Source of the DNA: an uncultured virus (IMG/VR IMGVR_UViG_3300042516_002585)
Lineage: Duplodnaviria > Heunggongvirae > Uroviricota > Caudoviricetes
IMG/VR virus record: IMGVR_UViG_3300042516_002585
DNA length: 61,869 nucleotides
Strand: one strand, 5' to 3'
Positions 39,890-49,354 of the stretch are shown here, one piece after another. How positions within the stretch are numbered: the stretch's first letter is position 1; the number at the start of each line of letters is the position of its first letter. Made by a program: the position numbers and the translations under genes. Under the pieces are notes generated by a model, which ran no database searches, had not been told where the DNA came from, and worked only from the letters and a program-made list of their open reading frames with translations.

Positions 39890-40417
39890 ATGTCCAAGAA
39901 GAAATCAGAACATTATGTAAACAACAAAGAGTTACTTGAAGCATTAATTGTTTATAGAACTAAAGTTGAAAAATCATACTTGAAGAAGTACGATAAAGAT
40001 CTCACAAAGCAACCCAAAGAGGAAAGAGCAAAGCACTGGGAAGGTAAACCACCAATCTCTAATTATCTGGGTGAGTGTTTCTTGAAAATCGCTACACATC
40101 TTTCATACAAACCAAACTTTGTGAATTATATGTTTAGAGATGATATGATCTCTGATGGTATTGAAAATTGTGTTCAATATATTCACAACTTTGATCCTGA
40201 GAAGTCTAAAAACCCCTTTGCTTACTTTACTCAAATTATTCACTATGCTTTTCTCCGTCGTATTCAAAAGGAGAAGAAGCAACTGGAAATCAAGACCAAG
40301 ATCATTGAACGAACTGGTTTTGATGAGGTTATGATGGTTGACGATAGCTTGCTTTCTGGAAGCAGTTCGGACTATAATACAATCAAAGATAACGTTGCCT
40401 ACAAAACTAACCGATGA
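39890..40417 (+). CDS. gp55: Late-transcription sigma factor gp55
   Basis: HYVNNKE, KIA.HLSYKPNF.NY, DMISDGIENC, NPFAYFTQI..YAFLRRI.KEKKQ. Confidence 0.96.
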   Translation: MSKKKSEHYVNNKELLEALIVYRTKVEKSYLKKYDKDLTKQPKEERAKHWEGKPPISNYLGECFLKIATHLSYKPNFVNYMFRDDMISDGIENCVQYIHNFDPEKSKNPFAYFTQIIHYAFLRRIQKEKKQLEIKTKIIERTGFDEVMMVDDSLLSGSSSDYNTIKDNVAYKTNR

Positions 40418-41454
40418 AGGTTGCCATTATAACAGATCAGCATTTCGGGGCCCGTAAATCCTCTAAGTTTCTTCACGATTATTTCAAAAAATTCTATGAT
40501 GAAATTTTCTTTCCTTACTTAGAGGAAAATAATATCAAGACAGTTATTGATATGGGCGATACTTTTGATAATCGCAGATCAATTGACTTATGGGCACTTG
40601 AATGGGCAAAAGAAAATTATTATGATCGTCTCCAACAAATGGGCGTTACTGTTCATACCATTGTTGGAAATCATACTGCTTACTATAAAAATACTAACTC
40701 GGTCAATACTGTAGATTTATTGTTAAAGCAATATGAAAACGTAAAAGTCTATTCAGAAGCAACCGAAGTTAAACTGGATAAACTTAAAGTTCTGTTTATA
40801 CCCTGGATTAATCAAGAAAATGAGGAAACTACTTTCAAACTTATTCAAAGTGTATCTTGCAAGTGTGCGATGGGGCACCTTGAACTCAATGGATTTAGAG
40901 CGCATCGTGGACACGTCATGGAAGACGGTATGGAAAGCGAACTATTTGACAAGTTCGAACTTGTCTTCTCGGGACACTATCACACTCGATCGAATAACGG
41001 AAAAATCTTCTACCTAGGAAATCCTTATGAGATGTTCTGGAATGATGTGAATGATACCAGAGGATTTCATATTTTTGATACTGATACCTTAGAGTTTGAA
41101 CCAGTTAATAATCCATTCAAACTCTTCTACAACGTTTATTATGAAGATACAAACTATAAACTATTCGATGCTCGTGAATATCAGAGTAAAATTGTAAAGG
41201 TAATTGTTAAAAAGAAGAGCGATCAAAAGAATTTTGAGAAGTTCATTGATAAACTTTATTCTTCTGGAATTCAAGAACTCAAAATTGTAGAGAACTTTGA
41301 AATTCACATAGATGAAGATTTCGAAGTTGAGGAAACTGAAAACACAATTTCTATTTTGAATAGATATATTGACGAATCTGAAATTGATTGTGATAAATCA
41401 ATTATCAAAGGAATTCTACAAAAAATATACTCACAGGCTTGCGAGGTTGAGTAA
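40414..41454 (+). CDS. gp47: Recombination endonuclease subunit gp47 (Mre11-like)
   Basis: ITDQHFG, GDTFDNR, VGNH, SGHYH metallophosphoesterase motifs. Confidence 0.95.
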   Translation: MKVAIITDQHFGARKSSKFLHDYFKKFYDEIFFPYLEENNIKTVIDMGDTFDNRRSIDLWALEWAKENYYDRLQQMGVTVHTIVGNHTAYYKNTNSVNTVDLLLKQYENVKVYSEATEVKLDKLKVLFIPWINQENEETTFKLIQSVSCKCAMGHLELNGFRAHRGHVMEDGMESELFDKFELVFSGHYHTRSNNGKIFYLGNPYEMFWNDVNDTRGFHIFDTDTLEFEPVNNPFKLFYNVYYEDTNYKLFDAREYQSKIVKVIVKKKSDQKNFEKFIDKLYSSGIQELKIVENFEIHIDEDFEVEETENTISILNRYIDESEIDCDKSIIKGILQKIYSQACEVE

Positions 41455-41741
41455 TGTTTCTTCTCACTCTTAAAGATCAAAAAGAAGACGGAGCATACGC
41501 TGTTCAAAACCGATATGGGGAAAAAGTTCTTTTCCTCTTTGAAGAAGAAGATGATGCGGTTCGTTATGCTTTGATGCTTGAAGAGCAAGAAGATACTGAA
41601 ATGGATGTTGTAGAAGTCGATGATACACTTGCAATAATGACCTGTAAGCGGTATAATTATAAGTATGCCGTCGTTACACCAAACGATATTGTTATTCCCC
41701 CGAAATTGAATGATAACCTTTCAAAAGATCCGTTGGCGTAA
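41454..41741 (+). CDS. Conserved hypothetical protein
   Basis: LFLFEEEDDAVRYA motif; between g47 and g46. Confidence 0.7.
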   Translation: MFLLTLKDQKEDGAYAVQNRYGEKVLFLFEEEDDAVRYALMLEEQEDTEMDVVEVDDTLAIMTCKRYNYKYAVVTPNDIVIPPKLNDNLSKDPLA

Positions 41742-43437
41742 TTTTCTTTCTACTGGAAACAGTTTTACGGAAGTTAATTTTCAGAGCAATCATACAAATC
41801 TTATTATTGGTACAAACGGAGCAGGGAAGTCAACCATTCTTGATGCGTTGACTTTTGTTTTGTTCAATAAACCTTTCCGAAAGATTAATAAACCTCAACT
41901 GGTCAACACAACCAATGAAAGAGAATGTGTTGTAGAAGTTGAGTTTACGATCAACACTAGAGAATACCTTGTTCGACGTGGTATCAAACCTTCTGTGTTT
42001 GATATTGTTGTGAATGGAACTCCAATGCATCGTGAGGCAGATGATCGTGCAATGCAAAGAATTCTAGAAGAGAGTATTTTAAAACTAAATTATAAGTCTT
42101 TTACTCAAATTGTAATTCTAGGTAGCAGTACTTTTGTTCCCTTTATGCAGTTGACTACTGCTAATCGGCGTGAGGTGATTGAGGATCTTTTAGATATTCG
42201 TGTATTCTCTGCAATGAATAATATTGTAAAGGATAAACTTCGGGAGAAGAAAGAACAGGTTAAGTCTTTGGATTTGAAAAAAGAAAATATCAAAGATAAG
42301 ATGAAGATGCAACAGGACTTCATCGAAGAGTTAGAGAATCGTGGTAATGCCAATATTAATATCAACAAAGAAAAGATTATCAAGTTAGATTCTGAAGTTG
42401 GTAATTGTTTAAAAGATAATGAAAGTATTCAAGATGATATTGATCTTTTAGTTCAGAAGCAGGAAACTCTAACTGGTGCTGGAGATAAGTTAGTGAAACT
42501 GAACAATCTAAAAGGTAAACTATCTCAAAAAGTAAGTGTTATTACCAAAGAGCATAAGTTTTTCACAGAAAATACGGTATGCCCTACTTGCACTCAGAAC
42601 ATTGAAGAAGAGTTTCGGTTAAATAGAATTACAGACGCTCAAAATAAAGCAAAGGAACTCCAGAAAGGTTTTCAAGAACTCGAGGAGACTATAAATTTAG
42701 AACAGGATAGAGAGCGTCAATTCACAGTTCTTTCCAAGGAGATTACGAAACTCAACCATGAGATTTCTCAAAACAATACTCGGATTTCAATCAACCAGAG
42801 ACAAATCCGAGATCTTGAAAATGAAATTCAAACAATTGCCCAAAACCTTGCAAACAGAAATACTGAGCATGAGAAATTAGAGGAATTTAAAGAAAATCTC
42901 CAAAAAACATTCGAAGACCTCTCAAAGAAAAAAGAAGAAATCGTTTATTACGATTTTGCCTACTCCTTACTCAAGGATGATGGCGTTAAAACGAAGATAA
43001 TTAAGAAGTATCTTCCGTTCATAAATCAGCAGGTGAATCGTTATCTTCAAATGATGGATTTTTATATTAACTTCCATCTGGATGAAGAATTCAATGAAAC
43101 TGTAAAATCACCCATTCACGAAGACTTTTCTTACAGTTCTTTCAGTGAGGGTGAAAAAATGAGAATCGACCTTGCTCTTCTCTTTACTTGGAGAGAAGTA
43201 GCACGAGTCAAAAATTCCGTTAATACTAATCTGCTGATTATGGATGAAGTCTTTGATTCTTCACTTGATGGATTTGGAACTGATGAGTTTCTGAAAATTA
43301 TTCGTTACGTGATTAAAGACGCTAATATCTTTGTGATCTCTCATAAGTCAGACCTGCATGACAAATTTGAAAGTGTCATAAGGTTCGAAAAGGTCAAGGG
43401 TTTCTCCCGTATGATGTCCTCACAAGCACAAGACTAA
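41710..43437 (+). CDS. gp46: Recombination ATPase gp46 (Rad50-like)
   Basis: GTNGAGKST, CPTC zinc hook, FSEGEKMRIDLA, LIMDEVFDSSLD. Confidence 0.97.
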   Translation: MITFQKIRWRNFLSTGNSFTEVNFQSNHTNLIIGTNGAGKSTILDALTFVLFNKPFRKINKPQLVNTTNERECVVEVEFTINTREYLVRRGIKPSVFDIVVNGTPMHREADDRAMQRILEESILKLNYKSFTQIVILGSSTFVPFMQLTTANRREVIEDLLDIRVFSAMNNIVKDKLREKKEQVKSLDLKKENIKDKMKMQQDFIEELENRGNANININKEKIIKLDSEVGNCLKDNESIQDDIDLLVQKQETLTGAGDKLVKLNNLKGKLSQKVSVITKEHKFFTENTVCPTCTQNIEEEFRLNRITDAQNKAKELQKGFQELEETINLEQDRERQFTVLSKEITKLNHEISQNNTRISINQRQIRDLENEIQTIAQNLANRNTEHEKLEEFKENLQKTFEDLSKKKEEIVYYDFAYSLLKDDGVKTKIIKKYLPFINQQVNRYLQMMDFYINFHLDEEFNETVKSPIHEDFSYSSFSEGEKMRIDLALLFTWREVARVKNSVNTNLLIMDEVFDSSLDGFGTDEFLKIIRYVIKDANIFVISHKSDLHDKFESVIRFEKVKGFSRMMSSQAQD

Positions 43438-43583
43438 TGCAAGTCCCCAACCGCTATCATCACTCTAAGAAGGAACAGAAGCGGAAATTAAAACCGCAAG
43501 CACTCCGACAAGCAAAAGCACGCCGCCAAGCACTCAAGAAGCGTCTCCAACAAGGGGACGCTTCTTTTTTAATAAATATCTAA
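43437..43583 (+). CDS. Small very basic protein (48 aa); not in ORF track
   Basis: MQVPNRYHHSKKEQKRKLKPQALRQAKARRQALKKRLQQGDASFLINI; TAATG-coupled to g46. Confidence 0.6.
   Translation: MQVPNRYHHSKKEQKRKLKPQALRQAKARRQALKKRLQQGDASFLINI
43536..43570 (+). terminator. Rho-independent terminator
   Basis: AAGAAGCGTCTC...GGGACGCTTCTT followed by a T-run. Confidence 0.75.
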
Positions 43584-43600
43584 AAAAGTGTCTTTTAGAG

Positions 43601-45583
43601 ATGAATAGTAAAGAATATAAAAATTTACAAGAAGCTTATAATTCAATCTATGAGGCTTTAACCGATCAGGCAGAATTAGATAAACTTCGTAAGGCATCTG
43701 CACAAGCAACGATGGCAGGTCCTTCAAAAGAAGCACAAGCATTGATGAGTGATAGAACTAAAAGAATGCTTGGTGCTGATAAGTTGCAAGCAGGCATTGC
43801 TGGACAGGAAAGAGTTCAGAGAATGATGAGCGGTACGCCAGAACCTACTTCTACACCAAAACCAACTGCACCAACACCTACTAGTACAACTGCTCCTACC
43901 CCTAAACCTGCAACGACAGTTAAACCAGGAGATTTTGGTACAACAATGGGTCCTGGACCAACATTTAAGGGTGGACCAGTTCCTCCTCCAATTCAAAACA
44001 AAACTGTCATCAAATCACCTGTTCCTGATAGGAGTGCAGATTATCAGAGAGCTTGGGATAATCGTAATAATCCACTTGCTAAGGGGCAAATTAGAAATGC
44101 TTGGACTAAAATGAGCCCAGAAGAAAAGGCAGCAGCAAAAGAATGGGCAAAGACAAATAATAAAAATTGGCAGGAAATGGGGCTTCCCGAACAGAGAGAT
44201 ACTTATGATCAAGTTCTACAAATTCTTTTAGATGAAGGATACTCTGAGCAAGAGTGTAATCAAATAATGGTTCAACTTGTGAATGAGGCTGGTCTTGGGG
44301 ATTTTGTTAAAGCAGTTCAGCAAAGAACTGGTATTGGCAAACCAGGTGTTGGTCCTGGTCAAGTTGCTAAGAATATTTTGAGAGCAGGAATATCCGATAT
44401 TCTTGGAACTTCTATTGCAACTGGTTCTACCCCATCATCGGTAAGTGCTGCAAAACCAACTCCAACAGTAACATCTTCACCAACGCCAGTTGTTAGAACT
44501 TCTACCAAACCTGTTAGAACTGCACCAAAAGGTGCAAATATAGCACCAGATCCTTGGAAACAACCATCAACACCTAGAAGTTCTGCAAAACCATCTACGA
44601 CTACTGCAAGAACTTCAACAACTCCAAAAGCTTTGACTGGTTCTCCAACACCAAGAGCATTATCTGGATCTCAAACTCGTGCTGCTCTTCCAAGTGGAAC
44701 ACGTGGAGGTGCATTGGTCAAAGGAACACCTGGTGGCGCTATAACTCCCACTGCCAAACCTGGTGCATTAGTAAAAGTTCAAAAACCTTCTACTCCAACC
44801 ACAACAACAAGAGCATTACCTGGAACTAACGTCCGTGGACTACTTCCACAGGGAGTTAGAAATGTTCTGCCAGATCCTTGGAAGCAGGCAACTGATACTG
44901 CCTCTGGTGCTAGAAACTTATGGAATAGAGTTCAGCAAGCAGTTAAACCACAAGCACAATTAAAACCATCACAGACAAATGTTCGTGGTTTGCTTCCAGC
45001 AGCAAAACCATCACCTCAAACTGCGGCAAAACCTGCAACTTCTGTAAGATCACAGCAGTTCCAAGATGTCCAAAGATTAAACAAAATGATGAAAGGTGGT
45101 TTGATGGGAGAACTACCAAGCACTAAACCAGCATCAAAACCCGCACCTAAACCAACTGGCAATGTAGATAAGGTAGCACCCAAACCAGCAAAACCAAGTA
45201 CAAAATTAAAACTTCCTCAGGGACCAGGATCTAACACTTTTGGAAATAGAAAGCAAGGATTCTCTATTCCTGGTGGAAGATTGGGTGCTTTTGCCGCAGG
45301 TATTCAGGCATATAATACCGCAGATGCAACTCTTAAATCTTCACCTAAGTTACCAACAACTGCAAAAGATGTTAAAAAAGGTGAAACTTATTATGATCCT
45401 TCAACAAGAATAGGACCTTCTCAGAGATTTGCTCAAAGAGAAAAGGTTGGTCCAAAAATTGTTGGTCCAGGAAAAGTTGGGACTGAGGCACAATCTTTTG
45501 ATAGAGCTTATAAATCTGCAAAACAAAAAGGTGGTATGGGATCTACGTTTACTTGGAAAGGTAAATCTTATAAAGTTGAATGA
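43601..45583 (+). CDS. 660-aa P/T/K-rich basic protein with 'L.EAY.S.Y' cap and degenerate EGY module
   Basis: KNLQEAYNSIYE; DQVLQILLDEGYSEQE; internal PDPWKQ and TNVRGLLP repeats; ATAAATA upstream. Confidence 0.75.
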   Translation: MNSKEYKNLQEAYNSIYEALTDQAELDKLRKASAQATMAGPSKEAQALMSDRTKRMLGADKLQAGIAGQERVQRMMSGTPEPTSTPKPTAPTPTSTTAPTPKPATTVKPGDFGTTMGPGPTFKGGPVPPPIQNKTVIKSPVPDRSADYQRAWDNRNNPLAKGQIRNAWTKMSPEEKAAAKEWAKTNNKNWQEMGLPEQRDTYDQVLQILLDEGYSEQECNQIMVQLVNEAGLGDFVKAVQQRTGIGKPGVGPGQVAKNILRAGISDILGTSIATGSTPSSVSAAKPTPTVTSSPTPVVRTSTKPVRTAPKGANIAPDPWKQPSTPRSSAKPSTTTARTSTTPKALTGSPTPRALSGSQTRAALPSGTRGGALVKGTPGGAITPTAKPGALVKVQKPSTPTTTTRALPGTNVRGLLPQGVRNVLPDPWKQATDTASGARNLWNRVQQAVKPQAQLKPSQTNVRGLLPAAKPSPQTAAKPATSVRSQQFQDVQRLNKMMKGGLMGELPSTKPASKPAPKPTGNVDKVAPKPAKPSTKLKLPQGPGSNTFGNRKQGFSIPGGRLGAFAAGIQAYNTADATLKSSPKLPTTAKDVKKGETYYDPSTRIGPSQRFAQREKVGPKIVGPGKVGTEAQSFDRAYKSAKQKGGMGSTFTWKGKSYKVE

Positions 45584-45585
45584 AC

Positions 45586-45593
45586 TATAAATA
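45586..45593 (+). promoter_or_regulatory. T4-type late promoter
   Basis: TATAAATA about 20 nt before the ATG at 45613. Confidence 0.7.
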
Positions 45594-45612
45594 TTTAAAA
45601 AGTATTCATAAA

Positions 45613-46257
45613 ATGGAAGCAAAACAAGTTAGAGATTTGATGGAGGCATATGCTTCCGTTTATACACAATCGGAAGAACAAGAAGTCCTTTCAGAAGATC
45701 TTCAAGGTGCAGTAGAATCGGGACTTAAAAAAGCTTCTGAGTTTATGAAGACTAATCCTGTTGGTAAAGCTGTTGGGGCAGTTATTGCTCCTGTTGGAAA
45801 GGGACGTGGCACTACAACTAAGGCAGAGCAAGAATCAAAAATTAAATCTAATAAGCAAGAAGATGTAGATCTATTTGATCTTGTAAAAGGTCATCTGATG
45901 GGTGAAGGTTTTGCTGATACCGAAGAAGCAGCACTTGTTATTATGGCAAATATGAGTGAAGATTGGAAGCAAAGTATCGTTGAGTCTATTGCTCGCGGAT
46001 CTGCTCCAAATAGTCCAACTGGTACTATCGGTGGTGCTGCTAGTAGAGTTGCTGGTACTTTACTTCAAAGAGGTGCAGAACTTCTTAAAAAGAATATGCC
46101 ACAGTCTGGTGGTGGTTATAGCACCAGACCTGGTGATGGTAAGCCTTATAAAGATGGTCCACTTTGGGGACCAGGTTCTTCTGATGCACCTGTAAGAAAA
46201 CCAGCTCCCCAAAGAAAACCTCAGGGAGCACCTATGAGAGATGAACCACTTTGGTGA
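45613..46257 (+). CDS. EGY-module family protein, paralog A
   Basis: Start at 45613 (MEAKQVRDLMEAYASVY) inferred from the promoter position and identity with 46332. Confidence 0.8.
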   Translation: MEAKQVRDLMEAYASVYTQSEEQEVLSEDLQGAVESGLKKASEFMKTNPVGKAVGAVIAPVGKGRGTTTKAEQESKIKSNKQEDVDLFDLVKGHLMGEGFADTEEAALVIMANMSEDWKQSIVESIARGSAPNSPTGTIGGAASRVAGTLLQRGAELLKKNMPQSGGGYSTRPGDGKPYKDGPLWGPGSSDAPVRKPAPQRKPQGAPMRDEPLW

Positions 46258-46279
46258 TTAATTTCTTATAAAACCACTT

Positions 46280-46303
46280 GGAGGTCTTACGACCTCCTTT
46301 TTT
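46280..46303 (+). terminator. Rho-independent terminator
   Basis: GGAGGTC-TTAC-GACCTCC plus T-run, followed by ATAAATA late-promoter-like sequence. Confidence 0.85.
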
Positions 46304-46331
46304 AATAAATAAATAAAAAACTATTCGTAAA

Positions 46332-47123
46332 ATGGAAGCAAAACAAGTTAAAGGTCTGATGGAAGCATATGCTTCTGTCTATGCAAATATTTCAGAATCC
46401 CACTTTAAAGTTGGTGATGAAGTTATTTGCAAAGCAAGTGGAATGGAAGGTGAAGTTATTAAACTTGACAAACCTGATGGTGAAGATGATGAAAAGTACT
46501 ATACCGTAAAGCGTGAAGACGGTAAGACAATGAAGTATGCGCCGAATGATTTAAAGCTTGCTAAAAAAGAGAAAGAAGAAAAAGAAGAGAAGGAAGATGT
46601 AAAAGAAGCAAAGAATGGTGGAATAAGTGGTTCTTCTGAAACAAAATTCCATAAAAAGTTGGACAGTTTAGTTCATCATACCTTTGGTAAGAGAAAAGAA
46701 GAAAAGGCAATGAAGGAAGAAACTGATGAAGGTGGAAAGCACAAAGAAGGTAAGCATTCTAAGGGTAAAGAAGAACCTGGTGAAAAGGTAACTGAGAAAG
46801 AAGGAAAAGAAAAAGAAAAAGAAGAAAAGGAAATGAAAGAGAGTGCCGATCTCTTTGATTACATTCTTGAGCACCTAGTTGCCGAAGGTTATGCTGACAC
46901 CAATAAGGCAGCACTTGCTATTATGGCAAATATGAGTGAAGAGTGGAAGCAAAGTATTGTTGAGCAGAGTGCTATTGCACAAAGAACTGCATCTGCTGTT
47001 GATGATCAAAGAAGAGGTTCTTATGGTATGGCAGATGACCTCAATAAAACTAGAAAGTCTTTGGATAAACTAAAGCCTTATCCAAATGGATTTCCTAATG
47101 CCGCTGGTGTAAAAGGAGTCTGA
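46332..47123 (+). CDS. EGY-module family protein, paralog B, with SH3/KOW-like segment
   Basis: MEAKQVKGLMEAYASVY; HFKVGDEV...G.V....YYTV..EDG; K/E-rich linker; DLFDYILEHLVAEGYADTNKAALAIMANMSEEWKQSIVE. Confidence 0.8.
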   Translation: MEAKQVKGLMEAYASVYANISESHFKVGDEVICKASGMEGEVIKLDKPDGEDDEKYYTVKREDGKTMKYAPNDLKLAKKEKEEKEEKEDVKEAKNGGISGSSETKFHKKLDSLVHHTFGKRKEEKAMKEETDEGGKHKEGKHSKGKEEPGEKVTEKEGKEKEKEEKEMKESADLFDYILEHLVAEGYADTNKAALAIMANMSEEWKQSIVEQSAIAQRTASAVDDQRRGSYGMADDLNKTRKSLDKLKPYPNGFPNAAGVKGV

Positions 47124-47180
47124 GTCCACTTTTCAAACTGGCACATAAGAGGGTTTCACCACCCTCTTTTTTTGTATGAT
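47124..47180 (+). promoter_or_regulatory. Early-type promoter with upstream CCACTT..AAACTGGCACA motif and overlapping terminator
   Basis: Motif 47126-47145, hairpin AAGAGGGT/ACCCTCTT plus T-run, -10 TATGAT at 47175. Confidence 0.6.
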
Positions 47181-47202
47181 GGTTCCATAAGAAATCAAAC
47201 CT

Positions 47203-49353
47203 ATGACTGTCCGCCACGAAATCAAGTCCCAACTTGCCAAACTTCTTGCCACCGAAGACCTTGTGGTTGAGCACAAGAAGGTGGAGACTGCCTGCTTCAA
47301 CGTTCATACTCGTGTGTTGACTCTGCCGATGTGGGAAAAGGCAAGCAACACCGTCTATGACCTTTTGGTGGGTCACGAGGTCGGACACGCTCTCTATACG
47401 CCTGATGAGGATTGGTTGAAGGAGCACAAGATTCCGCCACAGTTTGTGAATGTGGTTGAGGATGCTCGCATTGAGAAACTGATGAAGCGCCGTTACGCTG
47501 GTCTCGCCAAGACTTTCTTCAACGGTTACAAAGAACTTGCTGACGATGATTTCTTTCAGATTGGTGATGACAATCTAGAAACTTATAATCTTGCCGATCG
47601 TGCAAACCTGTGGTTCAAGATCGGAAACTATATTGATATTCCGATTGAGCGCGGTGAAGAGACTGAGATTATCAATTTGATTGCTGATAGTGAGACTTTT
47701 GGTGATGTTCTGATTGCCGCAAAAGCACTGTATAAGTATTGTAAGCAAAAGCAACAGGAAGAAACTAAAACTAAGATTGATAATTTGGAATCTCAAGATA
47801 GTGGTGCTACACAGCATCCTGTTTCGGATTTTATTGATCAGCAAGAAGGTGAGAATGATCAATCTGAAACTGATACTTCACAATCACCTGTTACCAGCGA
47901 AACTGAGCAGGAAAAAAAATCAACTAATTCTAGTGAAGGTGGTGAAAAGAATGAAGAACCAGAAGTCAAAACAATGGATTCTTTGGAAGAGGCATTGAAA
48001 GATCTTGTTAATAATGATGGTTATGAGAATGTCTATCTTGAACTTCCTCAACTTGATCTGAATAAAGTAATTGTTCCTAATAAGGAGATTCACGATAAGT
48101 GTAAAGAATCTTGGGATGGTTTTATTAAAGAACGTGAGTATACCTATGAAGGAATTTTTGGTGAAGTTGATAAGAAATTTGTAGAATTTAAACGGTCTGC
48201 TCAAAAGGAAGTTAATTATTTGGTAAAAGAGTTTGAATGTCGTAAGGCGGCAGATTCCTATGCTCGTGCCACAACTTCACGCACTGGTGTGTTGGATTGT
48301 TCAAAACTTCATACCTACAAATATAATGAAGATATTTTCAAGAAAGTAACCACTCTTGCCGATGGTAAGAATCACGGTCTGGTATTCATTCTTGATTGGT
48401 CTGGATCTATGCAGGATGTGATGATGGATACTGTCAAGCAACTTTTTAATCTTGTGTGGTTCTGCAAGAAAGTAAATATTCCTTTCGAAGTTTATGCTTT
48501 TACGACTGATTATCCTTTGGTGAAATACGATGATAATGGTAAAGCAACTATTCGTGAACTTTCCTATAAAAAGAAAGATGGACTCATTCAAGTTGGCGAG
48601 TGGTTTTCTATGATGAACCTTCTTACCAGTAAGGTGAATGGTAAAACTTTGGATGAGCAGATGAAGAATATTTTTCGTCTTGCTGTTTCTTTCCGTTATA
48701 ATTCTCACTGCTATTATGCTGCTCCTCTGGGTATGAGTCTTTCTGGAACTCCTTTGAACGAATCTTTGATTGCTCTGCATCAAATTCTTCCCAAATTCCA
48801 GAAAGAAAATAAACTTCAAAAAGTTCAGTGTGTAATTCTGACAGATGGTGAAGGTTGTCTTCTCAAATATCATCGTGAAGTTCAACGCCGATGGGAAGAA
48901 GATCCTTATATGGGAACTTCTCATATTGGTCCTAATGCCTTTATTCGTGATCGTAAAACAGGAATAACTTATTCTTGTGATTGTGAGTATCACGAATTTA
49001 CTGATATTCTTCTTCAAAATCTGAGAGATAAGTTTGTTGATATCAATTTCATTGGTATTCGTGTACTTGAATCGCGTGATGCTGGATCTTTTATTCGTCG
49101 TTACTATGGATACTTTGGACCAGAATATGAAAAAGTAATGACTGCCTGGAAGAAAGAAAAGGCATTCACGATTAAAAAGTCTGGTTATCATTCTTATTTT
49201 GGACTTTCTGCTGCAACTCTTTCGCAGGAATCTGAGTTTGAGGTTGCAGATGATGCCACAAAAGCACAAATCAAATCTGCTTTTGTTAAGAGTTTGAAGA
49301 CTAAAAAAATGAACAAGCGTATTCTTGGTGAGTTTGTTGAACTGGTTGCCTGA
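47203..49353 (+). CDS. Metallopeptidase-like/vWA protein (CobT-like partner of CobS)
   Basis: HEVGH (HExxH), NVVEDARIE, vWA MIDAS LDWSGSM, GTPL, ILTDGE. Confidence 0.85.
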   Translation: MTVRHEIKSQLAKLLATEDLVVEHKKVETACFNVHTRVLTLPMWEKASNTVYDLLVGHEVGHALYTPDEDWLKEHKIPPQFVNVVEDARIEKLMKRRYAGLAKTFFNGYKELADDDFFQIGDDNLETYNLADRANLWFKIGNYIDIPIERGEETEIINLIADSETFGDVLIAAKALYKYCKQKQQEETKTKIDNLESQDSGATQHPVSDFIDQQEGENDQSETDTSQSPVTSETEQEKKSTNSSEGGEKNEEPEVKTMDSLEEALKDLVNNDGYENVYLELPQLDLNKVIVPNKEIHDKCKESWDGFIKEREYTYEGIFGEVDKKFVEFKRSAQKEVNYLVKEFECRKAADSYARATTSRTGVLDCSKLHTYKYNEDIFKKVTTLADGKNHGLVFILDWSGSMQDVMMDTVKQLFNLVWFCKKVNIPFEVYAFTTDYPLVKYDDNGKATIRELSYKKKDGLIQVGEWFSMMNLLTSKVNGKTLDEQMKNIFRLAVSFRYNSHCYYAAPLGMSLSGTPLNESLIALHQILPKFQKENKLQKVQCVILTDGEGCLLKYHREVQRRWEEDPYMGTSHIGPNAFIRDRKTGITYSCDCEYHEFTDILLQNLRDKFVDINFIGIRVLESRDAGSFIRRYYGYFGPEYEKVMTAWKKEKAFTIKKSGYHSYFGLSAATLSQESEFEVADDATKAQIKSAFVKSLKTKKMNKRILGEFVELVA

Positions 49354-49354
49354 T

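Noticed and set aside
48301..49269. 322-aa minus-strand ORF opposite the peptidase/vWA gene
   Set aside because: Antisense shadow with F/I/K-rich composition and no domain signal.
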